A DNA stretch of 57,724 bases, from NCBI GenBank assembly GCA_040753835.1, contig JBFMDM010000002.1:1-57724 (forward strand), written 5' to 3'. A model generated the notes under the pieces. It saw nothing but the letters and a program-made list of their open reading frames with translations. It did no database searches and was not told where the DNA came from. A program made the position numbers and the translations under genes. The DNA is from Planctomycetota bacterium. GTDB lineage: Bacteria > Planctomycetota > MHYJ01 > JACQXL01. Each line of letters opens with the position of its first letter. Position 1 is the first letter of the stretch. Below, in pieces: positions 45,149 through 54,520 of the stretch.

Positions 45149-46026
45149 TAAAATTTAATCCTGCCCAAAAGGTTTAAACTGAAGTTAAAGAACGAACGGG
45201 TCTGGTTGTCCGGCTGGGTTGCTTTGGTCACTACCCAATCCTCGGTTGCGATTAATCCGAGAGCGAACGAATCGGAAAAGCGCCGTTGCAGGCCCATAGA
45301 ATAGGAAACAATCAGCCCGAGGTCTTCCGGCTCCATATTGGAATAATCCTGCGCCCCGCCCATAATACTCAGATGGATGAATGATTTCTTGGTGAGTTGT
45401 CCGCTCAGGCCGAAGCCGGCCAGGTAGGTATCCACCCGGCCTTTTCCGGTCTGGCCTTCAACCTCGTGGATGGAGTTGCGGTATTCAAAGATAAAGGGCG
45501 AACTGGTTATATCGCGGATGGGCGAGTCGGATGTCCCGATAAAAGGATAGGTGTGATATCGCCCGAAGGTATCCTGGCGATAATGAACCCTCAGGCGCAC
45601 TCCGACCACGTCGTTGACATTGAGGTCGTTGTCAAAATAGGTGTATTGCGGTCCGATTTCCAGCATCAGTTTATTCCACCATGGCCGGCGGACAAAGTCG
45701 CGCTGGTAACCGCTGATAAGAATGTCCATTTCTATCCTGAGGTCCTTGAGGTTCTTTTCCATCTGGTTGGCCTTGTCCGTGAGTTCCTTGACCTGTTCCA
45801 GTTTATTGTCCTTAAGGGCCTGCATAATCTGGTCCTTGACGGCCTGGATTTCCGCCTGGGCGGCCTGGACCTTGCGGTCAAGCGAATAAATCTGGGAACG
45901 CAGAACCGAACCGGGCGTGGTCAGGTCCTGCGCCTCATCAGGGCCGAATGGGTTATCGGCGGTCTCGCCGTTAACCGGCAGCACAAATGCGGCCAGAAAC
46001 AGCAGGGCCGGAATTAATCTATTCAT
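45148..46026 (-). CDS. secreted coiled-coil / beta-barrel-like outer-membrane protein
   Basis: 292 aa. Signal peptide (ALLFLAAFVLPVNGE), a coiled-coil segment, alternating hydrophobic beta-strand pattern and a C-terminal Phe. The start overlaps the permease stop by 8 nt. Confidence 0.6.
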   Translation of the reverse strand: MNRLIPALLFLAAFVLPVNGETADNPFGPDEAQDLTTPGSVLRSQIYSLDRKVQAAQAEIQAVKDQIMQALKDNKLEQVKELTDKANQMEKNLKDLRIEMDILISGYQRDFVRRPWWNKLMLEIGPQYTYFDNDLNVNDVVGVRLRVHYRQDTFGRYHTYPFIGTSDSPIRDITSSPFIFEYRNSIHEVEGQTGKGRVDTYLAGFGLSGQLTKKSFIHLSIMGGAQDYSNMEPEDLGLIVSYSMGLQRRFSDSFALGLIATEDWVVTKATQPDNQTRSFFNFSLNLLGRIKF

Positions 46027-47256
46027 AACGCAATGCCTCTATCGGGTTCAGCCGCGATGCCTTCCAGGCCGGCCAGAACCCGAAGAAGATTCCCACGCCG
46101 GCCGAAAATACCACCGCAATAATCACCGAGACCGGCGAAACCGATACCGGCCAGTTGGTGAAGCCGGCGGTAATCCGGGCCGCCAGCGCGCCCAGGATTA
46201 TCCCGAAGATGCCTCCGATGGACGAGAGTATGGCCGATTCCACTAGGAACTGGAGCAGGATATCCCTGGCCCGGGCGCCGATGGCCATCCTTACCCCGAT
46301 TTCCCTGGTCCGTTCGGTGACCGAGACGAGCATAATGTTCATTATGCCGATTCCGCCCACAATTAAGGAAATGGATGCGATTATCGCCAGTAAAATCGTC
46401 ATCAATCTTGAGGTTGAGGTGACCATCTCGGTCAGTTCGGTCATATCGCGGATGTTGAAATCATCCTCTGCGCCTTCCATAATATTGTGCCGCTGGCGCA
46501 GCAGTTCCCTTATCTCGCTTTTGGTTCTGGGTATCATTTCGGTAGAGGTGGAACTGACCAGGATATTGTCCACGGTATTGAACGAAGAGCCCTGGAGAAC
46601 CCGGCTGGCCGTGCTCCAGGGCACCAGAATCACATCATCCTGGTCCTGGCCAAAAGCCGAGGCGCCTTTCTTTTCCAGCATCCCGACCACCTTGAAAGGC
46701 ATATTGGCAATCCTTATCATCTTTCCGACGACATTTTCCCTTTCCTCCTCGCTGAAGAGGTTATCGGCTACGGCCTGTCCCAATATGCAGTTCTTGACCG
46801 CATTGTTTATATCCGACTGGGTAAAGAATTCGCCCTGGGCCATTGACAGTCCCCGAATGGTCGGGTAATCCAGGCCGATGCCCTGGACGCTGGTGCGCCA
46901 GTTCTTTTCCTTGTAGATAATCTGGCCGCGCGGGCCGCCCACCCGAATCATCGGCGATACCGCCAGGGCCGAACTGCATTCCTTGTCAATCGCCTCGCAG
47001 TCCTTGATGGTCAGGGTGGACCGGCTTCCCATTCCGAAGTGCATCCCGCCACTGGTGGCGCTGCCCGGGAATATCATCAGGACATTATTGCCCATATTTT
47101 TCACCTGTTCCTTAATCATAACCGTTGCGCCCTGGCCCACCGCAATCACCGCAATCACCGCGGCAATCCCGATGATGATACCGATGATGGTAAGCGTGGA
47201 ACGGGCCTTGTTGCGCAGCAGCGCCCTCAGGGCAATCCGTTGGGCAATATAAATAT

Positions 47257-47260
<4 letters not shown>
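46019..47260 (-). CDS. ABC transporter permease, MacB/FtsX type
   Basis: 413 aa. N-terminal TM, large periplasmic domain, and a C-terminal FtsX-like 3-TM bundle ([24 protein letters not shown]). Confidence 0.85.
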
Positions 47261-47928
<668 letters not shown>

Positions 47929-47940
47929 AACCAGAATCCC

Positions 47941-48070
47941 TTTAGGATGGCCGTTAACCTCGCAGGTCAGATAAAACCTGACCGAAAGGTTTACGGCTGG
48001 TTATCCCGCTCCAACACACTGTATGTCCCGAACGCTTTCGGGATTTTATGGGTAAAGCGGGATAACTGGT
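47941..48070. repeat. highly structured intergenic spacer inside the efflux operon
   Basis: GCCGT-TAA-CCT...AGG-TTTA-CGGC encloses GGTCAG-ataaaac-CTGACC. Then GTTATCCCGCT...AGCGGGATAAC (11-bp arms) encloses TCCCGAA-cgc-TTTCGGGA. Confidence 0.65.
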
Positions 48071-49399
48071 TTAACGCCGGCGGAATCCGGACCCTGACGG
48101 CATAAACGGGTTGGCGGTCGCCGCCTCCTGCTTGCTTATCGTGCCGGTCACTACTTCCTGGCCTTCCTTGATATCGCCGTTTAATATCTCGGTAAAAGAG
48201 CCGTCCGTAATGCCGGTTCTGACGCTGACCGGCTTAAGTTTTCCGTTATTTAATATCCAGACCTGTTTCCGGGACGGCGTCTCTGTTTTATCCTTCCCGT
48301 TCGGCTTTGCCTCAGGATAAGAGCCAGTAACGACCTGCGGTCTAACTGGCTCTAATGGTTTCCGGCCCGTTCCCGGCTGGTGTGCTGGAGCGCCTGATAC
48401 GGCTTCCCGTTCCCGGCCTTCGGGCGCCTCCGCGGCCTTGTATTTATCAGCATCCTGGGGCACAAAGCGTAGGGCCGCATTGGGCACCCGCAGGACATCT
48501 TCGCGGCGCTCTATCTCAAACGAGAGATTGGCCGTCATCCCGGGCAGGAGTTTTTCCTCCGGATTGTCCGCATAGATAATCACCGTATAGGTCACCACGT
48601 TCTGGACCGTTGTGGGCGATAGCCGGATTTGCGCCACCCGGCCGCTGAACTTCTTTTCCGGATGGGCGTCCACCGTGAAATTGACCATCTGGTCCATCAG
48701 AATCTTGCCGATGTCCGCCTCGGCCACGCTGGCCTGTATCTGGATTTTGTTGAGGTTGTTGGCAATTATGAACAGGGTCGGGGCCGAGAGCGAGGCGGCC
48801 ACGGTCTGGCCCTCGTCCACGTTGCGCGAGACCACAATGCCATCTATCGGCGATTTGATGGTGGTATAGGCCAGGTTTATCTCCGACATCTTCAGGGACG
48901 CCTGGGACTGCTCGATACCGGCCTTGGCCAGTTTCAACTGGGCAATCAGCGAATCAAATGACGCCACCGCCGTGTCCAATTCTGATTGCGATATGAGGTC
49001 TTTCTTAGCCAGTTCCTGGGCCCGCTTGAATTCGTTCTCGGCCTGGGTGAGATTCGCTTCCACCCGCTCGGCATCGGCGATGCTGCGCGCCAGACTGGCC
49101 CGGTCTTGGGCGACCCGCGCCTCGTAGGACGCCGGGTCTATCTGGGCGATGATGTCGCCTTCCTTGACCCGAGAATTGAAATCCACGTATAACTTCTTGA
49201 CAGGCCCGGTTACCTGCGTGCCGACCTGGACCTGGAGCAGGGGCTGGACCACGCCGCTGGAAGTAACGGTCTTGATAACCGTGCCCTTGTCCGCCTTGGC
49301 GGTCTTATAGGATACCGCGCCGTTGGCGCCTCCGCCTAGGGTAAAATACAGGACCGCGGCCGCGGCCAGGACCGCAATCACGACGATAATCTTTTTCAT
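48071..49399 (-). CDS. efflux periplasmic adaptor protein (HlyD/MacA family)
   Basis: 442 aa. N-terminal TM, a coiled-coil hairpin (ARVAQDRASLARSIADAERVEANLTQAENEFKRAQEL...), beta-barrel segments, and a low-complexity linker containing repeat copy E. Confidence 0.88.
   Translation of the reverse strand: MKKIIVVIAVLAAAAVLYFTLGGGANGAVSYKTAKADKGTVIKTVTSSGVVQPLLQVQVGTQVTGPVKKLYVDFNSRVKEGDIIAQIDPASYEARVAQDRASLARSIADAERVEANLTQAENEFKRAQELAKKDLISQSELDTAVASFDSLIAQLKLAKAGIEQSQASLKMSEINLAYTTIKSPIDGIVVSRNVDEGQTVAASLSAPTLFIIANNLNKIQIQASVAEADIGKILMDQMVNFTVDAHPEKKFSGRVAQIRLSPTTVQNVVTYTVIIYADNPEEKLLPGMTANLSFEIERREDVLRVPNAALRFVPQDADKYKAAEAPEGREREAVSGAPAHQPGTGRKPLEPVRPQVVTGSYPEAKPNGKDKTETPSRKQVWILNNGKLKPVSVRTGITDGSFTEILNGDIKEGQEVVTGTISKQEAATANPFMPSGSGFRRR
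48315..48355. repeat. TAAC-hairpin element, copy E, inside the MacA-like coding sequence
   Basis: GGAT-AAGAGCCAG-TAAC-GACC-tgc-GGTC-TAA-CTGGCTCTAA. It is translated on the minus strand as ...LEPVRPQVVTGSYP.... Confidence 0.8.
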
Positions 49400-49402
49400 A
49401 TT

Positions 49403-50797
49403 TTATTTATTCCCTTCCTGCCCGAAACCCAGTGGAGGGCGGGCGACAATCTTTTCCAGCGCCGAGCGGGCAATCAGGTAATCAAACTGCGCCTGGATGA
49501 TGTTTTCCCGCGCCTTGGTCAGCGACACCTGGGCGTCGGTCAGTTCTATGGCCGAGGCCTTGCCGGTCCGGTAACGTTGCTCTATGAAGTCCAGGTTCTC
49601 CTCGGCCTGCTGGAGTATCTTCCGGTTCACCTCCAGTTTCTGCGAGGCGTCCAGCATCTGGGTCCTGGCCCGGGTGATGTCCAGGAACAGCCGCTGCTCA
49701 AGGGAACTTAATGACGCCCTGGTTGACTTGAGATTGGCCGCGGCGCTTCGTATGGTCTCCATTTTCTGACCGCCTTTGAACAGGTCCATAGTCAGCAGGG
49801 CCGTAACCGTCCTGGTCCAGTCCAGCGGAAAATCGCTGCCGCTGAAATTATACGATGCGGACAGGGACAGCGAGGGCCAAAGCGCGGCCACCGCATTGTC
49901 CACCGAAGCGCTGGCCGATTCCACCCTGGATTCCTGGGCCTTTATTTCAGGATTATTGGCCTTGGCTTTCTGGAATAACGTCTCGGTTGCCTCGGTTGTG
50001 GCATCGGCGACTGAAATATCAAACGGTGTTTCCTCCAGTTTGTATTCCGGATTCTCGGCCAACCCCAGGACGTTGTTAAGCGTCTGGCGGTTCACGAACA
50101 GGGCATTGCGGGCGTTAATCAGGCCCAATTGGGCGTTGCCCAGGTTGACCTCGGCCTTGGTGATGTCGTATTTTATCTTCGTGCCGGCCTCAAAGAACGC
50201 CCGGGCCTGCTCAAGGTATTTCTCGTTCTGGCGCACGGTTTCCTCGGCCAGGCGCACGGCTGAAATCTGCCTGAGCACATTGTAATACGCCTCCTTGACC
50301 GAATAGGCGATGCTGTTCCCGGTCTGGGTCAGGTCGTATTCGGCGGCCAGGGCGTCGTAATAATAAGCGCGCACCAGAGAACCGGTCTTGCCGAAATCGT
50401 ACACATACTGGCTGAGAGACAGTCCGGTGGAATTGGAACTGGTGTTGGAGGAATCAGTGGCGCTGCGTGAGGCGCTGGCGCTGGCCGATATCTGGGGGTA
50501 GTAACTGCCTTGCTTGCTTTCCAACTGGGATTTGGCCGAGACCAGCCGTTCCCGGGATTGCGCCGCTGAGGGATTATATTTAATGGCGATGTCTATGGCT
50601 GTCTTTAGCGATAGGGTGGTGTCTTTGGTCAGGCCGGCCTCCGAGGCCTTGACCGTGCGCTCGCCCGGCAACAGGATTGTTGCATCCTGCGCCTTGCGCG
50701 CCTCGGTCACCGCGGAACATCCGGCGACAAACAGCATCAAGCCAGTGATGAAGGCGGGTGTCAGCCGCGGTTTATTTAGATGCCTGTTTGTGTTCAT
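49403..50797 (-). CDS. TolC-family outer-membrane efflux protein
   Basis: 464 aa. Lipobox-like LFVAGCS. Two-fold repeated helical structure with typical TolC-like segments (YYPQISASASASRS..., LDITRARTQMLDA...). Confidence 0.85.
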   Translation of the reverse strand: MNTNRHLNKPRLTPAFITGLMLFVAGCSAVTEARKAQDATILLPGERTVKASEAGLTKDTTLSLKTAIDIAIKYNPSAAQSRERLVSAKSQLESKQGSYYPQISASASASRSATDSSNTSSNSTGLSLSQYVYDFGKTGSLVRAYYYDALAAEYDLTQTGNSIAYSVKEAYYNVLRQISAVRLAEETVRQNEKYLEQARAFFEAGTKIKYDITKAEVNLGNAQLGLINARNALFVNRQTLNNVLGLAENPEYKLEETPFDISVADATTEATETLFQKAKANNPEIKAQESRVESASASVDNAVAALWPSLSLSASYNFSGSDFPLDWTRTVTALLTMDLFKGGQKMETIRSAAANLKSTRASLSSLEQRLFLDITRARTQMLDASQKLEVNRKILQQAEENLDFIEQRYRTGKASAIELTDAQVSLTKARENIIQAQFDYLIARSALEKIVARPPLGFGQEGNK

Positions 50798-50897
50798 CCG
50801 TGATTCCTTAAATAAACGGACTGATGAGTCCGTCTATTTCATATTATATAATACACGCTAACCTGTCAATAGTTTCGGGGATTTTTATTGATATTTT

Positions 50898-51021
50898 ACC
50901 CAGCCCCTGCCCCGAAATAATCGCCGCCCTTCGGGGCGAGCCTCGCTTTCGGCGGGGGACTCCCCGCTCCGCTCTCGCTGGAGCGAGGCGAGCGTTGCAA
51001 CTTCGCACGCAGGGGCTGGGT
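50898..51021. repeat. 124-nt GC-rich multi-hairpin module closed by a 13-bp stem
   Basis: ACCCAGCCCCTGC (50898-50910) pairs with GCAGGGGCTGGGT (51009-51021). Inside are GCCC-ttcg-GGGC, GCGAG-c-CTCGC, GCGGGGGA-c-TCCCCGC and CGCTC-tcgctg-GAGCG. Part is homologous to 1979-2003 and 5253-5289. Confidence 0.7.
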
Positions 51022-51098
51022 TTATTTCTCCCCAAAATAATGACTTTTTACCGCTTACTATATATAATACGGCTGTAAACAACTGACAATAAAAACCG

Positions 51099-52985
51099 AT
51101 GAATAACTTGATTCCCTACGCCAGGGGCGCAAAACCGGTTGACCTCCTGCTCAAGAACTGCCGCATGGTCAATGTCCTCACCGCAGAGATATACAAGACC
51201 TCTGTGGCTATTGCAGAAGGATTCGTGGTCGGATTCGGCACCTATAAATCCGAAAAGGTCATAGACCTTAAGGGCGCGTATCTGGCGCCCGGATTTATAG
51301 AGGGCCATATCCATATAGAAAGCAGTATGCTCTCGCCTGCGGAATTCTCCAATACCGTTCTGCCCCGCGGCACGACTACTGTGGTCTGCGACCCGCACGA
51401 GATTGCCAATGTCCTGGGTCTTAAAGGCATTAAATATTTCCTGGATGCCAACCTGCCAGAACGCCTCGCAATGGGGCAGGCGGGCCGCTACCCCGGGCTG
51501 AGCATCTACACAATGCTGCCTTCCTGTGTTCCGGCAACTGATTTAGAAACCTCAGGCGCCCGGCTCACAGCCCGCGACCTGCTTAAATTAGCCCGCCACC
51601 CGTATGTGCTCGGACTGGCCGAGATGATGAATTTCCCGGGCGTGCTTTACGAGAATAAAGACGTCCTGGCTAAACTAAAAATATTTGATATGACAGCGGA
51701 CGGCTTGCCGTTCCGTAGTCCCACTGGGACGAAGGATGGCCTGCCGTTCCGTAGTCCTACTGGGACGAAGGACGGCTTGCCGTTCCGTAGTCCTACTGGG
51801 ACGAAGGACGGCCTGCCGTTCCGTAGTCCTACTGGGACGAAGGACGGGCATGCGCCGGGATTGAGAGGAAAAGATTTATCCGCCTATATCTCTGCCGGCA
51901 TCCGCTCGGACCACGAGTCGTTCACGGTTGAAGAGGCATTGGAAAAACTCCGGAGCGGGATGCACCTGATGCTCCGCGAGGGCACAGCCGCCCGGAATCT
52001 GGAGACGCTCATCAAGGCGGTCACGCCCGGCAACAGCCGCAGGTGTATGCTGGTCAGCGACGACCGGCATCCGGACGACCTGCTCAAGAACGGGCATCTG
52101 GACGCCGCCTTAAGAAAGGCGGTGCGGCTGGGATTGGACCCGATAACCGCGCTCCAGATGGTTACGATTAATCCGGCAGAATATTTCGGGCTGAAGCGCT
52201 TAGGCGCCATTGCGCCCGGATTTGCTGCCGACCTGGTTGTCCTGCAAGACCTCAGGGACTTTAAGATAAAGATAGTGTTTAAGAAGGGAACGAGCATAAG
52301 GCATAGAGCAAAGAGTTTAGGTGGTCATTCTAATAACGCTCTACGCTTTACGCTCTACGCTTCGCTTCATCTGCCTCTGCTGACAGAGAGTGATTTCCAT
52401 ATCCGTTCATCAGGCCATAGAATGATAAAGGTCATAGAACTTATACCGAACCAAATAGTAACCAAAAAGACGATTCTGCCGGCGCTGATAAAAGACGGCC
52501 GGGCCGTGGCCGACACGAAACGCGACATCCTGAAGATTGCGGTCATAGACAGACACAGCGGCAAGAAGCACATCGGACTTGGATTCGTAAAGGGATTCGG
52601 CTTAAAGAGAGGCGCGATTGCATCCACCGTGGCGCACGACTCGCACAACCTGATTGTGGTCGGGACAAGCGATTGGGATATGCATTTTGCAGCAAAGGTC
52701 ATCCGGTATCTCAGGGGCGGCCAGATTGTGGTTTCATACGGCAGGATTATGGCATCTTTGCCTTTGCCTAATGCCGGGATAATGTCCGACCGGAGCGCGC
52801 AAGAGGTGGCAGAAGCGGTCCGCAAACTAAATCTTGAGGCGCGCAAACTGGGGTGCAGGGTATCCGAACCCTTTATGCCGCTCTCATTCCTGGCCCTGCC
52901 GGTTATCCCGGACTTGAAGATTACGGACAAGGGTCTGGTGGATGTGACTCAATTCCGGGTCGTGGGATTGTTTGAGCGTTCATAG
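51099..52985 (+). CDS. ade: adenine deaminase
   Basis: 628 aa. Motifs: PGFIEGHIHIESSML, VVCDPHEIANV, DGHAPGLRGKDLSAYISAGIRSDHE, LVSDDRHPDDL. Carries in-frame tandem-repeat insertions. Confidence 0.9.
   Translation: MNNLIPYARGAKPVDLLLKNCRMVNVLTAEIYKTSVAIAEGFVVGFGTYKSEKVIDLKGAYLAPGFIEGHIHIESSMLSPAEFSNTVLPRGTTTVVCDPHEIANVLGLKGIKYFLDANLPERLAMGQAGRYPGLSIYTMLPSCVPATDLETSGARLTARDLLKLARHPYVLGLAEMMNFPGVLYENKDVLAKLKIFDMTADGLPFRSPTGTKDGLPFRSPTGTKDGLPFRSPTGTKDGLPFRSPTGTKDGHAPGLRGKDLSAYISAGIRSDHESFTVEEALEKLRSGMHLMLREGTAARNLETLIKAVTPGNSRRCMLVSDDRHPDDLLKNGHLDAALRKAVRLGLDPITALQMVTINPAEYFGLKRLGAIAPGFAADLVVLQDLRDFKIKIVFKKGTSIRHRAKSLGGHSNNALRFTLYASLHLPLLTESDFHIRSSGHRMIKVIELIPNQIVTKKTILPALIKDGRAVADTKRDILKIAVIDRHSGKKHIGLGFVKGFGLKRGAIASTVAHDSHNLIVVGTSDWDMHFAAKVIRYLRGGQIVVSYGRIMASLPLPNAGIMSDRSAQEVAEAVRKLNLEARKLGCRVSEPFMPLSFLALPVIPDLKITDKGLVDVTQFRVVGLFERS
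51699..51842 (+). repeat. 4 x 36-bp perfect-phase tandem repeat inside ade
   Basis: The unit GACGGC(T/C)TGCCGTTCCGTAGTCC(C/T)ACTGGGACGAAG occurs at 51699, 51735, 51771 and 51807. It encodes (DGLPFRSPTGTK)x4, immediately followed by the native DGHAPG. Confidence 0.95.
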
Positions 52986-53129
52986 AAAAGGGGGGCTGGG
53001 AAATCGGGGTAAGCCGACCGCAACATCGGGGGCAAAAACCTTGCCTGAAGAAAAAGGAATTTGTAAAATCAAATCATTAAAGGCGCCCTGTCCCGATAGG
53101 AATCGGGACTGGTCGGCAGCATTCAGCCG

Positions 53130-53441
53130 GTGGCTGCCCTATTCCACGATGTGAATCGGGGAATTGGTCGTGAGTACCGACGGAACGGGTACAGCGCACC
53201 GGGTACAAATGGTAGGATGGGAATTAAGTGGTGGCTTGATGAAAATGCCGAGGAGAGAATCGGAACATATATAGAAAGAATAGTAGAAGCAAAAGATGCC
53301 ATCTCCAGAGGAGAATTGAACCCTGATCGATGGGATGCTGCAAAGGAGGGAGCAAAAGACTCGAAATACGGTAAGCTAACGCCGAAAGAAATTGCCGAGA
53401 TAGAAAAACATTTAGGAGGGGGGGTGGGAAGACGCTCCTAA
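53130..53441 (+). CDS. hypothetical protein (possibly starting at 53217)
   Basis: Open frame only. The internal start gives MGIKWWLDENAEERIGTYIERIVEAKDAISRGELNPDRWDAAKEG.... No motif or convincing RBS; may be a gene remnant. Confidence 0.3.
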   Translation: MAALFHDVNRGIGREYRRNGYSAPGTNGRMGIKWWLDENAEERIGTYIERIVEAKDAISRGELNPDRWDAAKEGAKDSKYGKLTPKEIAEIEKHLGGGVGRRS

Positions 53442-53499
53442 AAAACCTGAACCTAAAGAGGAAGAACATAAATAGCAACAAAAAGGAGAAGGAATTTTT

Positions 53500-54096
53500 A
53501 TGCTCAAGAAACTAATTTTCTGGAAGATAACAACCATTTTTTTGCTTATTAGCACGCTAATTATGGGACTAATTATTGTCTGGCCAGAACCAGATGGATA
53601 TTCGCGAGTTCCCCGTATCATATCTATAGTAAGACTTATGGGGCTCAATCAAGAATCAATTAAGAAGGAAGTGCTAATTGATAAAAATAATAATGGTGTT
53701 GGAGAATATTCAGACAACATTAATTATATGCTTGAAACTAAATACTTAACTAAGGATATTAATAATAGCATTGATTATTCTCATTATAATTATATGGTAA
53801 AAGTAGGTGAAAGTGTTGAGGAAAGAGAAAAATCTTTTGAGATATACGCCATTCCTAAGGTGCCTTATAATTACTGTGATAAATACGGAGATGGAATAGT
53901 TGCTTGTGCTATTGACGAAACTGGGGTTATGAAATTTTCGGTAATGGAAAATGCAGTAAATTGGGACCCACCAATTGGTATAATGAAGAAATGGCAACCC
54001 TTAAGTAGTGACTGCTGGGGAGAACAATTAAAAAAACATTTTAGCATATCATTAACAGAAAAAATATTAAATAAAATATTTCATGGTCATTATTAA
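53500..54096 (+). CDS. membrane-anchored hypothetical protein
   Basis: 198 aa, AT-rich. GGAGAAGGA RBS. N-terminal TM helix WKITTIFLLISTLIMGLIIVW. The C-terminal FEIYAIPKV...GDGIVACAIDETGVM is loosely pseudopilin-like. Confidence 0.6.
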   Translation: MLKKLIFWKITTIFLLISTLIMGLIIVWPEPDGYSRVPRIISIVRLMGLNQESIKKEVLIDKNNNGVGEYSDNINYMLETKYLTKDINNSIDYSHYNYMVKVGESVEEREKSFEIYAIPKVPYNYCDKYGDGIVACAIDETGVMKFSVMENAVNWDPPIGIMKKWQPLSSDCWGEQLKKHFSISLTEKILNKIFHGHY

Positions 54097-54103
54097 AAGG
54101 GGG

Positions 54104-54520
54104 TTCGGGGGACAGCCCCGCTATCCAGCGGGACTCCGCGGCGGCTCCGCATACCGGATTTGAATAAGTAATTATTGCGCTATCGGGTTTTGGAGATTAT
54201 AATCAATTCTGATGATAGCCCTTAAGCCAATTAAGAAACACAATTCACCGACTACTGTCTACAGTCCACTGCCTGCTTCCCACTATATCCAGGACGGCTT
54301 GGGAAGTATCCGCAATCTCGTGTCATCTGCGGAGGCAGTGGTTAACTCGTATGATTATTACGGTTTTGGCGAATCCCTATCAGCCAGTGAGCAAGTGAGC
54401 AATCGTTACAGGTTTACCGGCCGGGAGTGGGACAACGAATCCAGCACCTACCGCTACCGGGCCAGGGAGTATAATCCGGCCAGCGGAAGATTTACGGCCA
54501 GAGACCCGATTGGGTATTTA
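54104..54520 (+). repeat. RHS cassette junction repeat, copy 1
   Basis: About 417 bp nearly identical and collinear (constant offset of 1625 nt) with 55729-56145. It covers 108 nt upstream of the ATG plus the first 100 or so codons. Confidence 0.9.

Noticed and set aside
50798-51098. Purine riboswitch upstream of adenine deaminase.
   Set aside because: No three-way junction with the conserved purine-riboswitch loop and core sequences could be recognised. The structured part is a GC-rich repeat module instead.
51699-51842. Possible CRISPR array (36-bp repeats). The 22-bp array at 26243-26418 was considered in the same way.
   Set aside because: The repeats are directly contiguous with no spacers. 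The first array is in frame inside adenine deaminase, and the second is degenerate. No cas genes are in the window.
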